From: an uncultured Bacteroidota bacterium
GTDB lineage: Bacteria; Bacteroidota; Bacteroidia; Bacteroidales; VadinHA17
Assembly (NCBI GenBank): GCA_903844815.1
Contig: CAIMVD010000101.1
Span: 4,220-68,219 of the forward strand
Direction of reading: 5' to 3'
Length of the DNA stretch: 64,000 nucleotides
This document shows, one piece after another, positions 59,938 to 64,000 of this stretch; position 1 is the first letter of the stretch; each line of letters begins with the position of its first letter. The notes under the pieces are model-generated. The model was not told the DNA's origin and did not search any database. It saw only the letters and a list, made by a program, of their open reading frames with translations. A program made the position numbers and the translations under genes.

Positions 59938-62900
59938 TTATTTTATTTTAGTCAAAGGTGAATCAATTTTCATTTCTTTTTCTATCTCCCCTGGGGTTAA
60001 AGGTTCAGAAAATAATTTAAAACAATCAATACTGCCATTAAAGAACCTCGAATCGGGAAATTCTTCATTTCGACCCAGATTCCATTTCGCAGTTGTTGCA
60101 AGGATGGAATTCTCACCTGTGTCAACCATTCCTTCCTCTTTTCCGTCAATATATATTCGTAGTATTCTGCCTTCACACACTCCTGCAATATGATGCCACT
60201 TATTATTCCATCCGGAAGGTAACATAACCGTACAACTTCCCCTGCCCCACCCTCCGGCAAAAAAGGATATCGACCTGTTTCCTGATGTTTGAATAACATT
60301 ATAATCTCCTTGTGTAATAATATCGGAAAGTCCTGAGTTTTTAACCGAAGGAAAGATCCATGCCATAACAGTAAGATTATTTCCTGAAATAGAAGCAGAT
60401 GGACTATTCTCAAATTCTGCATAACAACCACCATCTGTTTTCAGCCCCGTACCATTCTTCGGAGGCGCTTCAACATCACGAATAATTATAGCATCATTCT
60501 GCAAACCAGACCTGTCATCCACTTTCTTCCCTGACCTGTCATTGGGAAATTTGATATCGATTATCTTCGAATCAGTGTTTAAAAGATATGTTTTAACACG
60601 GACCGATTCGCTTCCAGCTCTCATTAAATGAATACCTGCCTCGGCAATCCTGACAGTATGAGTAATCTTTTTCAGCTCTCCAGGCCTCAGATCCACAATA
60701 ATGCTGCTAATAAGTGAATCATCAAGAAATACCTGGGTTTTCATACTGTCACGAAACCCTCCTGCATTTCTGACCGAATATGAGAATTCACTATTATTAT
60801 TCACCCTCAATAGCGGAGTTATTTCTAGATCAGTAATCTCAGGACTTGCTGCAGGTGCCATCTCATTCTTCACGATTTCAATATTTTTTTCTTCAAGATC
60901 ATCTATTGTGTAGCTTCTTTTCCCGACAGGAAAAAATCTGCATTCAATCGAGTCGTACTTCACGACGCCAGAATCTGCAAGCACGCTCTTCGCCGAATAT
61001 TCCTTTCCATCAATGTAAAGCCTGAAAGTCTTAGCCCCGAAACTGCCTGAATTAAGATAAGAAAACCCAACCATACATTTTTCTCCGGGCTCTGCTGATG
61101 GTTTAGTGCAATTGAAATCCCGAATTCTGAAAGAGGCTGGATTTTTTGTCAGGGAAGGGATTTCATCCCTGGAAAAAGCCAACATAGCTGACGCAGGTTT
61201 GTCTGTCATACTGAAAACTATTTCTCCTCCCCGGGCCAAATCAGGATGCAATATCCAGGGTTTCCCTTGATCAGTTCCATTCAGCGAAAATGATTTTACA
61301 TAAACATTTTCGCTGCCGTTATTCTCCGATCTGATAACCAGCTTTTTGCCATTATGAAAATGAATCGTCACTTTTTTGAACAGAGGGGATCCGATATCAT
61401 AGACAGGCCTGCCAGGACATACAGGAAAGAATCCCATTGCACTGAAAACGAACCACGATGACATTGATCCGAGGTCATCATTGCCTGGAAGTCCGGATGG
61501 AAACGCCGTATAATGAGAACTCATAATTTTCCTTACCCATTTCTGTGTTTGATATGGGGCCCCTGAGTAATTAAAAAGGTAAGGGACATGAAGAACCGGT
61601 TCATTGTCGAAGGGTATTTTTCCATTTTCCAGGGCAAAATCAAGTCTCTCAGCAAAATCTTTCTGTCCGCCGCTAAGATTTATAAGATCAACAGGGTTAT
61701 GAGGAACAAATAACGAATAGCTCCATTTGTCACCCTCCTTGTATCCAAAACAGGCAGATTCTGAGATGAAATCTGACCCGTCCCGCGGCACAAGGAAAAG
61801 AGTTGCCGGGTCGATAAGGTTCCTGTAATTTAAGCTTCTTTGAATAAGCCGTTTGTATTCAGCGCCATTGTTCATGACCTCCCCGGCAAAAACGGCAAGA
61901 GCCCAGTCATTGTAGGCATATTCCACTGTTCGTGTTACCGATTCTGAATAAGATGAGGGCACATACCCTGCTTTTGAGTATGCAATAAAATCACTACCGG
62001 AATTGGATTCATCGGTCATCGATTTCATTGCGTTAAATGCCAGGGTGCTGTCGAATCCACGTACTCCCTTCATCCATGAATCAACAATTATTGGTATTAC
62101 ATGATTGCCTGTCATAGGGCCTTTAGGTAACCTTCCTGTTTGTTCATAAGTACTTAACAATGAAAGAATCATATCCCTTTGCCTTTCCGGTTCCAGAATA
62201 CAGAGCAGGGGATGCAATGTCCGGAAAGTATCCCAGGGCGAAAAAGAACCATACTGGTAAGCGCCTTTTGTTCTGAAGATCTTTCCTCCTGCACCCATAT
62301 ATCTGCCTTCGACGTCTGAAATCACGTAAGGCAGCAGCAGTGAATGGTAAAGTGCAGTATAAAATACTGTCTTATTTATAGTTGATGTATCCTCAACCTC
62401 AATGACTTTCAGTTCCTTTGCCCATCGATCCCGGTTACTTTTCCTGAACGATTCAAAACTCCATCCGGGTGCTTCCGCATCAAGATTCTTCTGTGTACTT
62501 ACCTGACTTACAGTTGAAGCACTTATTTTTAATAACAAAATATTATTGTTCCCGGAAGACGGAAAGAAAGTAAGAATATTTCCGTCACCTGTCTTTCTGA
62601 CAAGTTCAGGTTTCCTGTTAAAAATGATTTTTGTATTGAACAATTGACCTTCAATTACCGAATCGGAACGAACAGTCAGTTTACCAATGTTTCCGATGAA
62701 AATCGAAGGTTTGACTCCAGCTGGAAAGGTTATTCTAAACATGCCTGCCCTGACTGAAGCAGTTGCCTCAACCGATGTTCCGTCATCATTCAGAATAACT
62801 GAATAAAATCCGGGTTCTGATTTTTCCTGGCTGTGGCTGAAGGGTCTGCAATATTTCCCGGGCTGAAAACCGGAAGTATCGCTTACCGGCATAATATGAA

Positions 62901-63225
62901 TATTTCCCGATGAGCCTTCGGGATAACCGCTTTTATGGTTAAGACAGCTGAAAAACAGGATAGAGGTGTCGTTATAGTCATATCCGGCGGATGGAATTGT
63001 CCTTGTTTCGGGTGAAAGCTGAATGTATCCGAAGGGGGCGACTGCACCAGGATAAGTCCCGCCTTCGGACCCCCATCGTGAAAACGTCCTGGTTTTTGTC
63101 GTTCCGATAAAGGGATTAACATACTTAAGAACATCTTCCTGTGAAAAGAGGAATGATGTCCATTGTGTTAACAGGCAAATCAGCAAAAGGTATCGTGAAA
63201 CTTTAACGGGCACTATGTATCTCAT
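59938..63225 (-). CDS. GH92 alpha-mannosidase with C-terminal Ig-like and LamG/ConA-like domains
   Basis: YVNPFIGT, FYTALYH, FSPWDTFRT, SRT-like VTRTVEY, EGDKW, NEP and GNDDLGSMSSWFVF; C-terminal WHHIAGV LamG-type motif. Confidence 0.92.
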   Translation of the reverse strand: MRYIVPVKVSRYLLLICLLTQWTSFLFSQEDVLKYVNPFIGTTKTRTFSRWGSEGGTYPGAVAPFGYIQLSPETRTIPSAGYDYNDTSILFFSCLNHKSGYPEGSSGNIHIMPVSDTSGFQPGKYCRPFSHSQEKSEPGFYSVILNDDGTSVEATASVRAGMFRITFPAGVKPSIFIGNIGKLTVRSDSVIEGQLFNTKIIFNRKPELVRKTGDGNILTFFPSSGNNNILLLKISASTVSQVSTQKNLDAEAPGWSFESFRKSNRDRWAKELKVIEVEDTSTINKTVFYTALYHSLLLPYVISDVEGRYMGAGGKIFRTKGAYQYGSFSPWDTFRTLHPLLCILEPERQRDMILSLLSTYEQTGRLPKGPMTGNHVIPIIVDSWMKGVRGFDSTLAFNAMKSMTDESNSGSDFIAYSKAGYVPSSYSESVTRTVEYAYNDWALAVFAGEVMNNGAEYKRLIQRSLNYRNLIDPATLFLVPRDGSDFISESACFGYKEGDKWSYSLFVPHNPVDLINLSGGQKDFAERLDFALENGKIPFDNEPVLHVPYLFNYSGAPYQTQKWVRKIMSSHYTAFPSGLPGNDDLGSMSSWFVFSAMGFFPVCPGRPVYDIGSPLFKKVTIHFHNGKKLVIRSENNGSENVYVKSFSLNGTDQGKPWILHPDLARGGEIVFSMTDKPASAMLAFSRDEIPSLTKNPASFRIRDFNCTKPSAEPGEKCMVGFSYLNSGSFGAKTFRLYIDGKEYSAKSVLADSGVVKYDSIECRFFPVGKRSYTIDDLEEKNIEIVKNEMAPAASPEITDLEITPLLRVNNNSEFSYSVRNAGGFRDSMKTQVFLDDSLISSIIVDLRPGELKKITHTVRIAEAGIHLMRAGSESVRVKTYLLNTDSKIIDIKFPNDRSGKKVDDRSGLQNDAIIIRDVEAPPKNGTGLKTDGGCYAEFENSPSASISGNNLTVMAWIFPSVKNSGLSDIITQGDYNVIQTSGNRSISFFAGGWGRGSCTVMLPSGWNNKWHHIAGVCEGRILRIYIDGKEEGMVDTGENSILATTAKWNLGRNEEFPDSRFFNGSIDCFKLFSEPLTPGEIEKEMKIDSPLTKIK

Positions 63226-63315
63226 AAAGGGCGCAAAGGAATAAAAGGAAATTACTGATTTTAAGAAATCCTGACCTTAAAATTAAGATAAGATTTATTA
63301 AACCTTCAAAAAAAA

Positions 63316-63361
63316 TCAGGGAAGAATCAAACCTCTAAAAAGATCTGAAAATCTTCCCTGA
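63316..63361 (-). terminator. Stem-loop between susD and GH92
   Basis: tcagggaaga (63316-63325) pairs with tcttccctga (63352-63361). Confidence 0.45.
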
Positions 63362-63383
63362 CAAATATTCAGGTATTCAGGGC

Positions 63384-63998
63384 TTATCTTGCTCCCGAAT
63401 ATCCGGGATTCTGAGTGATAGAACCGCCACTATTGTCAATTTCCCTCTGTGGATATGGCATCAGCTTATGAATTGCAGGGTTGAATGTTCTGACAGGCTT
63501 GTAGGTACCCTCAGCCGGAAGGCTGTTATACACTTCGGCTGCAAGTCCCCAGCGAACCAGGTCGAAATGCCGGTCGCCACCTTCAAAAGCAAGTTCCATC
63601 TTGCGTTCGTACATCAGGTTATTGAAGTTCGGGGAGGCAATTGCAGGAAGACCGGCACGTGTACGCACCAGATTGAAAGGTACTGCAGCAGCAGCAACTC
63701 CTGTAGTTCTCGATGCAGGTCCGCCACCGTTAAGCATCATTATGGCTTCAGCATCGATAAGCAGAATATCGGAATATCTCAGGGCAGGTACATTCAATCC
63801 TGCTGCCCAGCTTGAATATTCTTCTGCATAAGGCGACATATACTTTATGCATACGACGTCCGACTGGTTATTCGGAGCCTGAAGCACATCGGTGGAGCCG
63901 TTATAGGTAACAACATCAACGCCCCTTTTTGCCACTGTTGCTGCTTTACGGGTGTCGCCGGCCTGATATGCATTATAGAAAGCATTTGTAGCACTTAC
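63384..63998 (-). CDS. susD: RagB/SusD family outer-membrane lipoprotein (5' part outside the window)
   Basis: LRYSDILLIDAEA, ERKMELAFEG…RHFDLVRWG and PYPQREID; the frame is open to the window edge. Confidence 0.93.
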   Translation of the reverse strand, partial: VSATNAFYNAYQAGDTRKAATVAKRGVDVVTYNGSTDVLQAPNNQSDVVCIKYMSPYAEEYSSWAAGLNVPALRYSDILLIDAEAIMMLNGGGPASRTTGVAAAAVPFNLVRTRAGLPAIASPNFNNLMYERKMELAFEGGDRHFDLVRWGLAAEVYNSLPAEGTYKPVRTFNPAIHKLMPYPQREIDNSGGSITQNPGYSGAR

Positions 63999-64000
63999 AA

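Noticed and set aside
1-64000. tRNA, rRNA, transposase, integrase, prophage or CRISPR-cas genes
   Set aside because: None was recognised by eye in either the ORF track or the intergenic regions; tRNAscan-SE and Infernal would be needed to exclude small ncRNAs.

Overview
A 64 kb chromosomal window from a Bacteroidota genome, probably Bacteroidales-like. The assignment rests on a SusD/GH92 locus, TAnnTTTG -7 promoter elements, a single-chain PurL and a CzcA-TolC fusion. From left to right it holds: (1) a complete group 1d-type [NiFe]-hydrogenase locus, with hypFCDEAB converging on hyaABC-protease; (2) a housekeeping/accessory stretch (RhlE, non-specific endonuclease, GMC oxidase plus ALDH, secreted Nif3-like protein, HAD, REC-kinase, Czc efflux, mnmD, two PPIases, a beta-propeller phosphoesterase, dcp, purL); (3) a seven-gene myo-inositol catabolic operon; and (4) the 3' half of a SusD/GH92/phosphodiesterase/phosphatase/GH38 utilization locus. 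No rRNA, tRNA, CRISPR array, transposase or integrase was recognised. Best candidate for an undescribed system: the iol operon has no kinase (iolC) and no aldolase (iolJ) and is instead led by a transaldolase-fold enzyme with a non-canonical Gln/Met active-site pair. This suggests kinase-independent cleavage of 5-dehydro-2-deoxy-gluconate. The operon sits next to mannosidases and phospho-esterases that could release inositol from mannosylated inositol-phospholipids. Second candidate: a His/Cys-rich, signal-peptide-bearing leader ORF ending in RAPP upstream of czcA, resembling metal-sensing ribosome-arrest peptides. Intergenic regions also carry many 7-10 nt tandem arrays and a family of four-unit hairpins. 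All family assignments come from motif recognition by eye; no database search was run.
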